From the NCBI GenBank assembly GCA_034520805.1, contig JAXHNG010000008.1, forward strand, positions 489,513 through 553,512: a stretch of DNA of 64,000 nucleotides, in the 5' to 3' direction. This document shows, in pieces, positions 1 to 9,290 of this stretch. The notes beneath the pieces are model-generated. The model saw only the letters and a list, made by a program, of their open reading frames with translations, did no database searches and was not told the origin of the DNA. Each line of letters begins with the position of its first letter. Position 1 is the stretch's first letter. Source of the DNA: Lysobacterales bacterium (GTDB lineage: Bacteria > Pseudomonadota > Gammaproteobacteria > Xanthomonadales > Wenzhouxiangellaceae). The position numbers and the translations under genes were made by a program.

Positions 1-75
1 TGCTCGACCGAAGACATGAAAGAGGGCACCGGGGCCTTCCTCGAAAAACGCGCGCCGGAGTTTACGGGGCGGTAG
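1..75 (+). CDS. Enoyl-CoA hydratase/isomerase family, C-terminal fragment (partial)
   Basis: Frame 1 reads CSTEDMKEGTGAFLEKRAPEFTGR*, matching the crotonase C-terminal 'D.kEG..AFlEKR.P.F.G' pattern. Confidence 0.8.
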   Translation, partial: CSTEDMKEGTGAFLEKRAPEFTGR

Positions 76-113
76 CCGGCGCCGAATTCCCACCAAAACT
101 CTGACGGAGCCAC

Positions 114-227
114 CGTAGGTCGGGGTTACATCCCCGACGGACGACGCAGGAAGTCTTGGACACTCGTAGCTTACGCGTGTACCAAGACCTCCTACGTCGT
201 CCGTCGGGGATGTAACCCCGACCTACG
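114..227. repeat. Inverted REP doublet (GTAG family, REPIN/BIME-like)
   Basis: GTAG-GTCGGGG-TTACAT-CCCCGAC and its reverse complement; 33-bp perfect inverted arms extending imperfectly to about 50 bp; lies between convergent genes. Confidence 0.85.
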
Positions 228-256
228 CGGGTAATCAGTCCCGGCTGAGGCAGCTG

Positions 257-1228
257 CTACTGCAAGTAACCCGACTCGCCGGCGTAGTCCTTTTCGCCGG
301 CCGTTACGCGCACGTCGAGGCGGTTTTCGGGTGGCGGCAGGGGGCAGGTGGAGTATTCGGTGAAGGTGCACGGCGGGTTGTAGGCGCGGTTGAAGTCCAG
401 CACCGTGCGATCGTCGTCGCCGGGCATGGGCGCGTAGAGCATGCGCCCGGCGCCGTAGGTTTCGCGACCGGTTGTGCGGTCGGCGAAGATGAAGAACAGT
501 TCCTCGTCGTCCTCGTCGGCGACCGCTTCGAGTCGGTAGGTCTCTCCTTCGTATTCGAAAACCGCTACGCCGAGGTTGGGCTCTTGCGTGAGATCGCCCA
601 GCACGCTGCCGACGGGCATGGTGCTGCCCGGCGGGTGGCGCTCGAAACGCGCCTCGACGCGCCAATCGGGATTGAAGGGGAAGTAATCCAGCCCCTTGAA
701 GTCCGTGCGCGTTTCGGCACGCGGCCAGCGCGTTCGCACGGCCAGGCGGCCGTTGCGCTCGATGATCTGGAAGCGGACGTCGGCGGCCTGGACCCAGACG
801 GTGTCATCGCGCCCGGGCTGGACCAGCATGCCGGGCACACCGGCTCGGCCGTCCACGCTGACCGCGTTCGAGGCGGGCTCGAAGCGCGCCCTGGTCCCCT
901 CCACGATCAATTCACCCCAGTGGTCGGGGCCGGCCGGCATGGTGATATCGGCATCATCGGCCACACCGATGCGCCAGCGCCCGTCCCCGACAAAGTCCAG
1001 GCCGACCAGGCTCAGCCAACCGTAAGGCTCCTTGAGCCTCGCTGAACGGCGCTCCCGCCAGTCGAGCGCCTCGACCTGCCAATTCGCCACATCAGTATCC
1101 AACCGGGAATGGTCTGGCGGCGTTTCAGGCTGGGGCTTATTGACAGCGCAAGCGACAAGCAAAAACGCACCAGCAAGGATCGCCGCCGCCCTCGAAGCTT
1201 CGGAAAATACTGGATGAACCTGACTCAT
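257..1228 (-). CDS. DUF1684 domain putative lipoprotein
   Basis: GWLSLVGL, F.D.T.G.ETYGAGR, LDFNRAYNPPC.F...TCPLPP..N.L...V.AGEK motifs; LVAC lipobox; GGAG upstream of ATG 1228. Confidence 0.85.
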   Translation of the reverse strand: MSQVHPVFSEASRAAAILAGAFLLVACAVNKPQPETPPDHSRLDTDVANWQVEALDWRERRSARLKEPYGWLSLVGLDFVGDGRWRIGVADDADITMPAGPDHWGELIVEGTRARFEPASNAVSVDGRAGVPGMLVQPGRDDTVWVQAADVRFQIIERNGRLAVRTRWPRAETRTDFKGLDYFPFNPDWRVEARFERHPPGSTMPVGSVLGDLTQEPNLGVAVFEYEGETYRLEAVADEDDEELFFIFADRTTGRETYGAGRMLYAPMPGDDDRTVLDFNRAYNPPCTFTEYSTCPLPPPENRLDVRVTAGEKDYAGESGYLQ

Positions 1229-1280
1229 GGGCTTCACTCCCGATAGCACTGAGGAGACTCTGAAGGCAGCACCTCATACG

Positions 1281-1346
1281 TTTCGATCATTTGAATTTCG
1301 ATCGTTTGAATTTGTTTGATATTTCGAGCTTGGAATTTCGAATTTG
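1281..1346. repeat. AT-rich degenerate ~7-nt-period repeat tract (TTTCGAA/TTTGAA/TTGGAA)
   Basis: tttcgatcatttgaatttcgatcgtttgaatttgtttgatatttcgagcttggaatttcgaatttg in a GC-rich background. Confidence 0.7.
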
Positions 1347-1353
1347 AAGTGTT

Positions 1354-2769
1354 TCAGCTGCGGCCGTAGATGTCTTCGAGACGTTCGATATCGTCCTCAC
1401 CGAAATAACTGCCGGTCTGGACCTCGATGATGTGCACGTCGTCGCTGCCGGGATTCTCGAGCCGGTGCAGGTTGCCGACGGGAATTTCGACCGTTTCGTT
1501 GGCGCCGTAGATCCGCTCCTCGTCACCGACCCGGACCTTCGCCTGCCCGGCCACGACCGTCCAGTGTTCGCTGCGGTACTGATGCCGCTGCAGCGACAGC
1601 ACGCCGCCGGGCTTGACCACCAGGCGCTTGACCTTGCAGTCGGCGGCGTCCTCGAGCACCGTGAAACTGCCCCAGGGGCGATGCACGGTGCGGTGGAAGA
1701 CGGCGAGCTGGTCATTGTTGCGGGTCAGTTCGTCGACCACGGCCTTGACCTCCTGGGCGCGGTCGCGGCTGGCAACCAGCACGGCGTCGCCGGTGTCGAC
1801 GATGACCAGGTTGTCCACGCCCACGGCGGCCACCAGACGCTTGTCGCCCTGCACGAAGGTATTGCGCGCATCAACCAGCACGGCCTCACCCTGAACGCGG
1901 TTGCCAAGAGCGTCGGTTTCGTAGAGATCGCTGATGGCCTGCCAGGAGCCGATATCGCTCCAGCCGCAGTCGACGGGCACGACGGCCCGGCGATCGGCCT
2001 TTTCCATCACGGCGAAGTCAATCGAGTCGGCACGCACCTGCACGAAGCGCTCGGCGTCGAGCTCGATCGGCGCGGCCTCGGAATCGGTTTCGCGCCAGAC
2101 CGACCGCACCTGCTCGAGAATGTCGCCGGCGTTGTTTTCCAGGGCCGCAAGGATGGCGTCCGCCCGGAAGCAAAACATGCCGGCATTCCAGAGATAGTCG
2201 CCGGATTCAAAGTAGCGTCGCGCGGTGTCCTGATCAGGCTTTTCGACAAAGGCCCGGATCTCGCGACCGTGCTCCCCGATCGCCTGGCCCGAACGGATAT
2301 AGCCATAGCCGGTCTCGGCATGCGTGGGCGTCACGCCCAGGCAGGTCAGCCAGCCGTCGGCGGCCAGGGCGTCGGCATGGGCGACGGCCGCGGAGAAGGC
2401 GTCCAGGTCGCGGATCAGGTGGTCGGCCGGCATGACAAGCAGCCGGGTCTCGGGACCGTAGGTTTGCTCGGCCCAGAGCGCCGCAGCCGCGATGGCCGGC
2501 GCGGTGTTTCGCCCTTCCGGCTCGAGCAGGAAACGGTGGTCGGCCGAGCTGTCGACCGTCTGGTACTCGTCGCGCGTGAGGAAGTAATAGTCGCGGCCGG
2601 TTACCGTCAGAGTCACCGGGGCGTCGCCCACGGCGAGCGCGCGGCGAATGGTGCTGGCCGCCAGGGTCTGTCCGTCGGCCAGGCGCATGAAGGGCTTGGG
2701 GTGCGCCTTGCGCGACACCGGCCAGAGCCGGGTTCCGGCACCGCCGGACATGATCACGGGTATCAACAT
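1354..2769 (-). CDS. manC: Mannose-1-phosphate guanylyltransferase/mannose-6-phosphate isomerase
   Basis: IMSGGAGTRLWPVSR, EPEGRNTAPA, WSDIGSW, C-terminal cupin RPWG..LSLQRHQYRSEHW..EDDIER. Confidence 0.95.
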   Translation of the reverse strand: MLIPVIMSGGAGTRLWPVSRKAHPKPFMRLADGQTLAASTIRRALAVGDAPVTLTVTGRDYYFLTRDEYQTVDSSADHRFLLEPEGRNTAPAIAAAALWAEQTYGPETRLLVMPADHLIRDLDAFSAAVAHADALAADGWLTCLGVTPTHAETGYGYIRSGQAIGEHGREIRAFVEKPDQDTARRYFESGDYLWNAGMFCFRADAILAALENNAGDILEQVRSVWRETDSEAAPIELDAERFVQVRADSIDFAVMEKADRRAVVPVDCGWSDIGSWQAISDLYETDALGNRVQGEAVLVDARNTFVQGDKRLVAAVGVDNLVIVDTGDAVLVASRDRAQEVKAVVDELTRNNDQLAVFHRTVHRPWGSFTVLEDAADCKVKRLVVKPGGVLSLQRHQYRSEHWTVVAGQAKVRVGDEERIYGANETVEIPVGNLHRLENPGSDDVHIIEVQTGSYFGEDDIERLEDIYGRS

Positions 2770-3647
2770 GGTGCTTGGCTCCATTGATCCAGGCACTCGG
2801 CCAGCGCATCGTTGCAGTCGGGCAGTGACTGGCCGGTGAATTGTTCATAGCGCGAACCGTCGAGCACCGACCAGGCCGGGCGTTTCGCCTTCTGCGGCCA
2901 CTGGTCACTGCCGATCGGCTCGACGTCGACGATGCCAGGAATGATGCCACGCTCCGCGGCCAACTGCACGGCCCGCTCGGCCAGTGCGTGCCAGGTCATC
3001 GCGCCCTGCCCGGCCACGTGCAGCAACTCGGGGCGCTCGACCCGGTCGGCCAGCGTCAGCAGGCGCTGCGTGGCACGCGCCAGCGTGCCGGCCCAGGTCG
3101 GTGATCCGGTCTGGTCGGCAACGACCTTCAGATCCTGCCGCTGGCCGGCGCGTTTGAGGATGGCGGAGACGAAATTGCCCGGCAGGGCGCTGTAGACCCA
3201 CGCCGTTCGAAGCACCAGGGCCCGACAGCCGCTGGCCGCGATGGCCTGCTCGCCGGCCAGCTTGGTACGGCCGTAAGCCGACTGAGGCGCCACCGGATCG
3301 TCCTCGCGCCAGGGCCGACCCGGCTCACCGCTGAAGACGTAGTCGGTCGAGTAGTGCACCAGCAGGGCCCCGTGGCGCCGGCACCAGTCAGCCAGGGCCG
3401 CCGGCAAGTCGTGATTGAGGCGAAAGGCTTCGTCCTCGTGATCCTCGGCCCCGTCCACCGCCGTCCAGGCGGCGGCGTTGACGATCACCGGCGGCTGCAG
3501 CCGATCGAGTAGCGCCGACAGCGCCGTGGTATTCGACAGGTCGAGATGGTGATCAGCGCTGCTGCGCGCGCAGGTCACGAAGTCGCCATTCAGGGCACGC
3601 AGATGCCGCCCGAGCTGGCCGTTGGCCCCGAGCAGGAGGGCGCTCAC
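2763..3647 (-). CDS. rfbD: dTDP-4-dehydrorhamnose reductase
   Basis: GANGQLG, NAAAWTAVD, STDYVF, YGRTKLAGE, DQTGSPT. Confidence 0.95.
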   Translation of the reverse strand: MSALLLGANGQLGRHLRALNGDFVTCARSSADHHLDLSNTTALSALLDRLQPPVIVNAAAWTAVDGAEDHEDEAFRLNHDLPAALADWCRRHGALLVHYSTDYVFSGEPGRPWREDDPVAPQSAYGRTKLAGEQAIAASGCRALVLRTAWVYSALPGNFVSAILKRAGQRQDLKVVADQTGSPTWAGTLARATQRLLTLADRVERPELLHVAGQGAMTWHALAERAVQLAAERGIIPGIVDVEPIGSDQWPQKAKRPAWSVLDGSRYEQFTGQSLPDCNDALAECLDQWSQAPC

Positions 3648-4192
3648 GAGGGCAGCCGGTCGGCGTCGAGTTCCGACAGCCGGGGCGCCGAGCGATCCTT
3701 GTCCGAAAGCCCGCTTGGCGTCACGGGCCAGTCCACGCCGATATCCGGATCGTCCCAGGCGATCGATGCGTCGAACTCACCGCGGTAAGGCCGCGTGCAC
3801 AGGTAGTTGAACGTCGCGAAATCGCTGAGCACCTGGAAGCCGTGGGCGAAGCCCTCGGGAATCCATAGCTGCTGGTGGCTTTCGGCATCGAGCGCCATGC
3901 CCGTCCAGCGCCCGAAGGAGTTCGACTGCGGGCGGATGTCGACGGCCACGTCGAAAACCGTGCCGGCGGTTACCCAGACGAGCTTGCCCTGCGGCTCGGG
4001 CCACTGATAGTGCAAGCCGCGCAGCACGCCGTGCGCCGAACGCGAGCAGTTGGCCTGGACGAAGGCAGGGCCGATACCGTGTTCGCGATAGCGCTCATCG
4101 CGCCAGGTCTCCAGGAACCAGCCGCGCTCGTCGCCGAACACCTGCGGCTCGATCAGCTTCACGCCCGCCAGATCGGTGTCGATGACCTTCAT
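3644..4192 (-). CDS. rfbC: dTDP-4-dehydrorhamnose 3,5-epimerase
   Basis: [34 protein letters not shown]. Confidence 0.95.
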   Translation of the reverse strand: MKVIDTDLAGVKLIEPQVFGDERGWFLETWRDERYREHGIGPAFVQANCSRSAHGVLRGLHYQWPEPQGKLVWVTAGTVFDVAVDIRPQSNSFGRWTGMALDAESHQQLWIPEGFAHGFQVLSDFATFNYLCTRPYRGEFDASIAWDDPDIGVDWPVTPSGLSDKDRSAPRLSELDADRLPS

Positions 4193-5076
4193 GACGACTC
4201 GGCGGTGCGGGCGATCATGCGCAGGTAGTCGCCGTAGCCGCTCTTGGTCAGCGGCTCGGCCAGGGCCAGCAATTGATCGGTGGTGATCCAGCCCTGGCGG
4301 AAGGCGATTTCCTCGGGACAGGCCACGCGAAGACCCTGGCGCGATTCGAGGGTTTCGATGTAGCTCGACGCCTGCTGCAGCGAAGCGTGGGTGCCGGTAT
4401 CGAGCCAGGCATAGCCGCGGCCCATCTTCTCGACGGTGAGATCTCCGGCTTCGAGGTAGCGGCGGTTGAGATCGGTAATCTCGAGCTCGCCGCGTTCGGA
4501 CGGTTCCAGCTCGGCGGCGAAATCACAGGCGCGCTCGTCGTAGAAGTACAGGCCGGTGACGGCGTAGTTGGATTTCGGCGTGTCGGGCTTTTCCTCGAGT
4601 GACAGCACCCGGCCTTCGCCGTCCATCTCGACCACGCCATAACGTTCGGGGTCACTGACCCAGTAGCCGAACACGGTCGCGCCGCGTTCGCGCTCACTGG
4701 CGCGCTCGAGCAGCTCGCGCATGCCGCCGCCGTGGAAGATGTTGTCGCCGAGGATCAGGCAGGACGGGCGACCGTCGATGAACTCGCGGCCGATGATGAA
4801 CGCGTCGGCCAGGCCGCGCGGCTCGTCCTGCACGGCGTAGCTCAGCTCGATGCCCCAGTGGCTGCCGTCGCCGAGCAGGCGCTTGAACAGGGCCTGCTCG
4901 TGCGGTGTCGTGATGATCAAAATCTCGCGGATACCCGCCTGCATCATGGTCGACAGCGGGTAGTAGACCATCGGCTTGTCGTAGACCGGCAGCAGCTGCT
5001 TGGAGATCACCTGCGTGAGCGGGTAGAGCCGCGTGCCGGAGCCGCCGGCGAGAATGATGCCTTTTCTGTTCGTCAT
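4189..5076 (-). CDS. rfbA: Glucose-1-phosphate thymidylyltransferase
   Basis: [37 protein letters not shown]. Confidence 0.97.
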   Translation of the reverse strand: MTNRKGIILAGGSGTRLYPLTQVISKQLLPVYDKPMVYYPLSTMMQAGIREILIITTPHEQALFKRLLGDGSHWGIELSYAVQDEPRGLADAFIIGREFIDGRPSCLILGDNIFHGGGMRELLERASERERGATVFGYWVSDPERYGVVEMDGEGRVLSLEEKPDTPKSNYAVTGLYFYDERACDFAAELEPSERGELEITDLNRRYLEAGDLTVEKMGRGYAWLDTGTHASLQQASSYIETLESRQGLRVACPEEIAFRQGWITTDQLLALAEPLTKSGYGDYLRMIARTAESS

Positions 5077-5084
5077 AAAGGATG

Positions 5085-5110
5085 CAGGGGTCAGGATTCA
5101 GGGGTCAGGG
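5085..5110. repeat. Heptamer repeat arm (CAGGGGT/CAGGATT) overlapping the rfbB stop
   Basis: caggggt caggatt caggggt caggg. Confidence 0.75.
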
Positions 5111-6149
5111 TACGCGCAACGCCGAGGCGCTCGGAGCGGTAGCGGCCGTCTCTTATGCGTTGCCACCAGGCGCGGTTTTGGAGGTACCAGTCGACGGTTC
5201 TGGCCAGGCCTTCGGTGAAGTCGACCGAGGGTTGCCAGCCGAGTTCGTCGCGGATTCTCGTCGCGTCGATGGCGTAGCGGCGGTCGTGGCCGGGGCGGTC
5301 GGTGACGTATTCGATCAGTTCGCGCCGCGGGCGCTCGCCGGGGGCGCGTTCGTCGAGCAGGTCGCAAAGCAGGTGGACGACATCGAGGTTGGCCATTTCG
5401 GCGTTGCCGCCGATGTTGTAGACGCGGCCCGGCTCGCCGGCTTCGAGCACGCGCTCGATGGCCGCGCAGTGGTCGGTCACGAACAGCCAGTCGCGGCGCT
5501 GCTGACCATCCCCGTAGACCGGCAGCTTCTCGCCTTCGAGGGCGTTGATCAGCATCAGCGGAATGAGCTTTTCGGGAAACTGGAGCGGCCCGTAGTTGTT
5601 CGAGCAGTTGGTGATCATCACCGGCAGGCCGTAGGTGCGGTGCCAGGCGCGCGCCAGGTGGTCGGCCGCCGCCTTGGAGGCCGCGTAGGGCGAGTTCGGG
5701 GCGTAGCGGTGCGTTTCGGTGAAGCCGGGGTCGTCGGGCGCAAGCGTTCCGTAGACTTCGTCGGTCGACACGTGCACAAAACGGAAATGGTCCGCCCCGC
5801 CCTGCCAGTAAGCCAGCGCGCAATCGAGCAGGGTCTGGGTGCCGGTGACGTTGGTGCGGATGAACGCGCCCGGGTCGTCGATGGAACGGTCGACGTGGCT
5901 CTCGGCGGCGAAGTGCACGAGTGCGTCGGGCCGATGCTCGTCGAGCAGGCGCTTGACGAGCGGGCCGTCGCAGATATCGCCCTCGACAAAGACGTGCCGG
6001 TCATCCGGCAGGCCGGTGAGCGACTCACGATTGCCGGCGTAGGTCAGCAGGTCCAGGTTGACCACCTTCGCGTCGGTCGTGCCGAGCAGGTGGTGGACGA
6101 AGTTGGACCCGATGAAGCCGGCACCGCCGGTGACCAATAGGGTTTTCAT
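5091..6149 (-). CDS. rfbB: dTDP-glucose 4,6-dehydratase
   Basis: [48 protein letters not shown]. Confidence 0.97.
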   Translation of the reverse strand: MKTLLVTGGAGFIGSNFVHHLLGTTDAKVVNLDLLTYAGNRESLTGLPDDRHVFVEGDICDGPLVKRLLDEHRPDALVHFAAESHVDRSIDDPGAFIRTNVTGTQTLLDCALAYWQGGADHFRFVHVSTDEVYGTLAPDDPGFTETHRYAPNSPYAASKAAADHLARAWHRTYGLPVMITNCSNNYGPLQFPEKLIPLMLINALEGEKLPVYGDGQQRRDWLFVTDHCAAIERVLEAGEPGRVYNIGGNAEMANLDVVHLLCDLLDERAPGERPRRELIEYVTDRPGHDRRYAIDATRIRDELGWQPSVDFTEGLARTVDWYLQNRAWWQRIRDGRYRSERLGVARTLTPES

Positions 6150-6169
6150 CTAAAAATCAGAACCTTTAA

Positions 6170-6324
6170 AACGCGAAGACGCAAAGACGCAAAGAAATCC
6201 TCCAAGAAAACCAGACCCAATTTTGGGAATCGCCGGCAGAATCAAGCTCCGGGCTGACTTAAATGCATCCCGAATTTTCTTCCCTGGATGTCTTGTTTTC
6301 TTAGCGTCTTCGCGTCTTTGCGTT
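6170..6324. repeat. Inverted pair of triple 8-mer repeats (ACGCAAAG-type) around an AT-richer spacer
   Basis: aacgcgaagacgcaaagacgcaaagaaa (6170-6197) versus tttcttagcgtcttcgcgtctttgcgtt (6297-6324). Confidence 0.75.
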
Positions 6325-6385
6325 AGAAAGACTCATTATCCAGGCTCAGTGCCAGCGACGACCCAAATATCCGACGCACAACCCG

Positions 6386-6847
6386 TCAGAACGGAATATC
6401 GTCTTCCAGGCCGCCGCCGTTGTCGCTGGGCGGGCCGTCGTAGTTCTGCTGGGACTGATTGTAGTTCTGCTGGGACTGGTTGCTGCTGTCGTCGAACGGG
6501 GCGCTGCCGCCGCGGCTGTCGAGCATCTGCATTTCGTTGGCGACGATTTCGGTCGTCCAGCGGTCCTGGCCGTCCTGGCCCTGCCATTTACGGGTCTGGA
6601 TGCGGCCTTCGATATAGACCTTCGAGCCCTTGCGAAGGTATTCGCCGGCGATCTCGCCGAGCTTGCCGAACATCACCACGCGGTGCCATTCGGTGCGCTC
6701 CTGCTGCTCGCCTGTCTGTTTGTCGCGCCAGTTCTCTGAGGTGGCAATACGAATGTTGGTCACTGCGTTGCCGCCGGCGGTGTGCCGGGTTTCGGGATCG
6801 GCACCGAGGTTGCCGATCAGGATCGCCTTGTTGATTCCACGGGCCAT
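6386..6847 (-). CDS. ssb: Single-stranded DNA-binding protein
   Basis: [27 protein letters not shown]-terminal DDIPF; AGGAG Shine-Dalgarno. Confidence 0.97.
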   Translation of the reverse strand: MARGINKAILIGNLGADPETRHTAGGNAVTNIRIATSENWRDKQTGEQQERTEWHRVVMFGKLGEIAGEYLRKGSKVYIEGRIQTRKWQGQDGQDRWTTEIVANEMQMLDSRGGSAPFDDSSNQSQQNYNQSQQNYDGPPSDNGGGLEDDIPF

Positions 6848-6969
6848 GACGCGGGCCTCTCCTGTTGAGCGTTTGAGAATGCGCAAAAGTCTAGCACAGG
6901 GGCGCTACCGAGCCGTGTCGGAGAATCCCGCGACACGGCGAAGGAAATCGGCCCGTATAATTGTCGTCC

Positions 6970-7968
6970 ATGAACGATTTCTCCTCTCCCGCGGCGCCTG
7001 CCGACCTGGATGGCATCCTGGAGCTGACCCGGGCCGACCGTCAGGCAGTCGATCGCCTGATTGTCGAGCGGCTGTCCTCCGATGTCGTCCTCGTCAACCA
7101 GATCAGCCATCACATCATCGGCGGCGGCGGCAAGCGAATGCGCCCCCTGGTGCACCTGCTGTGTGCCCGTGCGGCGGGCTATTCCGGCGCCGATCACCTC
7201 AAGCTGGCGGCAATCATCGAGTTCATCCACACCTCCACGCTGCTCCACGACGACGTCGTCGACGAGTCCTCACGCCGTCGCGGCCAGGTCACCGCGCATC
7301 GGCTGTGGGGCAACGCCGCCTCGGTCCTGGTCGGCGATTTTCTGTACTCGCGCAGCTTCCAGCTGATGGTCGAGCTCGACCGCATGCGCATCATGAACAT
7401 CCTGGCCGATACCACCAACACGATCGCCGAAGGCGAAGTGCTGCAGCTGATGCAGATGGGCAATCCCGACCTCGGCGTCGACGACTATTTCCAGGTCATC
7501 TCCGACAAGACGGCCTGCCTTTTCGCCGCGAGCGCCAGACTGGGTGGGGTGCTGGGAGAGCTGGACGACGACGCCTGTGACCGTTTGGCCGATTTCGGCC
7601 TCTACCTGGGGCAGGCCTTCCAGATCGTCGACGACGTGCTCGACTACCGCGGCAGGGGTGACGATCTGGGCAAGAACGCCGGCGACGACCTGGCCGAAGG
7701 CAAGATGACCCTGCCGCTGATTCTCGCCTTGCAGTGCGCCAACGACAGCGAACGAAAGCTGATCCGCGAAATCGTCGAGGCTGGCGGCAGCGATCGCGTA
7801 GCGGACGTACGCGGCATCATGGATCGCACCGGCGCGCTCGACCAGGCCATGTCCCAGGCCGAGGTGCTGGCCGGCCGGGCACGGAAATCGCTTGCGGTTC
7901 TGCCCGACAGCGAGGAAAGCGCCGCGCTCGAATTCCTCGCCGGCTACGCGGTCGATCGCGCCTACTGA
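6970..7968 (+). CDS. ispB: Octaprenyl-diphosphate synthase
   Basis: GGKRMRP, LLHDDVVD, FQIVDDVLD, GDDLAEGK. Confidence 0.92.
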   Translation: MNDFSSPAAPADLDGILELTRADRQAVDRLIVERLSSDVVLVNQISHHIIGGGGKRMRPLVHLLCARAAGYSGADHLKLAAIIEFIHTSTLLHDDVVDESSRRRGQVTAHRLWGNAASVLVGDFLYSRSFQLMVELDRMRIMNILADTTNTIAEGEVLQLMQMGNPDLGVDDYFQVISDKTACLFAASARLGGVLGELDDDACDRLADFGLYLGQAFQIVDDVLDYRGRGDDLGKNAGDDLAEGKMTLPLILALQCANDSERKLIREIVEAGGSDRVADVRGIMDRTGALDQAMSQAEVLAGRARKSLAVLPDSEESAALEFLAGYAVDRAY

Positions 7969-9290
7969 CCCCGAACGAGCGCTCGAAAGCGCTCTCCACG
8001 CTGCTCGAAATCGCGAAACCGGCTGAAACTCGGTGCGCCCGGCGAGAGCAGCACCACCCCGCCGCGGACCGCCAGTTCGCGGGCGCTCGCCACCGCCTCA
8101 TCGAGCCCGTCAAATGTCTCGACGTGTCCAACGCGAGAACCGGCCGCCTCGCGGAAACGCTCGGCCAGGGCTGCGCCATTGTCGGGCACGGTGAGCAAGG
8201 CCTCGAGCCGATGTCCGGTGAGCCAGTCGAGTACGGGCTGCCAGTCAGCCGGGCGCGGCTGACCGCCGGCGATCAGAACGACCGGGGCATCGCCGATGGC
8301 GTCGAGCGCCGCCAGCGTGGCCCAGGGGCTGGTCGAAATGGAATCGTTGATGTAGCGCACGCCATCAATCGTGGCGACCGGCTCGAGGCGATGGGGCAGC
8401 GCCTCGAAGCTCGCCAGGGCTTGCGACAGGGCGCGGGGCTCGTGCCCAAGCATGGCGGCCGCCTGCAGGGCCAGCGCGGCGTTGTCGAGGTTGTGGCGCC
8501 CGATCAACGGCAGCTGCCCCTCTGGACAAAGCTCCGAGCGATCGTTCATCAATCGATGTCCGTCGCGCCAGATGCCGGGCGCACGATTGCCGAGCACGCG
8601 CCCGGGAACATGATCCGTCGCCGCGAGTAGCCGCGGGTCGCTGGCGTTGATCAACAGCGGCCGGCCCTCGAGCAAGTCAGCCAGCCGCAGCTTGGCGGCC
8701 ACGTAGGCGGCCTCGCCCCCGTGCCAGTCCTGGTGTTCGGGGAACAGGCGCGTAAACAACCCGAAGTCCAGCTGCCCCTGCAGGTCGGCCAGCTGGTAGC
8801 TGGAGAGTTCGACGACGGCAATCTCGGCTTCGGTTGCGACATGGTCGAGCAGCGGCACGCCGATATTGCCGGCCAGCAGGACTTCCCTGCCCTGCGCGCG
8901 CAGCAGGTGGGCAAGCAGCGAGGCGGTCGTACTCTTGCCCTTCGACCCCGTCACGCCCACGACCGTGAGATCGCCACCCCGCTCGGCCAGCCAGATCGAA
9001 GCCGGATTGACCACCACCGTGCCGGCCGCGCGCGCGGCGACCAGCGCGGGATGATCGACCGGCACGCCCGGTGATCGAATCAGGACATCAAAATCCGCCA
9101 GGCGCTCGTCGAACGGCCCCGTGACAAGCGGCAGTTCGGTATCGGCCTCGCCGTACTCGACGAATACGGTCAGGTCGACGTCCGCGGCGCGCCCCAGCAG
9201 CGCCCGCGCTGCCGAACGCCCGTCGCGACCGTAGCCGAGCAGGCCGATGCGCTGCCCGACCAGCCAGTCAAGCGTGGGTGAGCAGGTCAT
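7962..9290 (-). CDS. murD: MurD2-type UDP-MurNAc-L-Ala--glutamate ligase (likely L-Glu-adding)
   Basis: LLGYGRDG, RSPG, GVTGSKGKSTT, ELSSYQ, HQDWHG, LPHRL, NDSIST, LLSPGAPSF; directly downstream of murL; start uncertain. Confidence 0.88.
   Translation of the reverse strand: MTCSPTLDWLVGQRIGLLGYGRDGRSAARALLGRAADVDLTVFVEYGEADTELPLVTGPFDERLADFDVLIRSPGVPVDHPALVAARAAGTVVVNPASIWLAERGGDLTVVGVTGSKGKSTTASLLAHLLRAQGREVLLAGNIGVPLLDHVATEAEIAVVELSSYQLADLQGQLDFGLFTRLFPEHQDWHGGEAAYVAAKLRLADLLEGRPLLINASDPRLLAATDHVPGRVLGNRAPGIWRDGHRLMNDRSELCPEGQLPLIGRHNLDNAALALQAAAMLGHEPRALSQALASFEALPHRLEPVATIDGVRYINDSISTSPWATLAALDAIGDAPVVLIAGGQPRPADWQPVLDWLTGHRLEALLTVPDNGAALAERFREAAGSRVGHVETFDGLDEAVASARELAVRGGVVLLSPGAPSFSRFRDFEQRGERFRALVRGQ

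Noticed and set aside
1432-6140. Long + strand ORFs (451 aa, 352 aa) opposite manC and rfbB
   Set aside because: Antisense shadows typical of high-GC codon bias; no motifs, and the - strand genes are unambiguous
6325-6385. Search for an ops/JUMPstart element before rfbB
   Set aside because: No GGCGGTAG-type motif found on the coding strand
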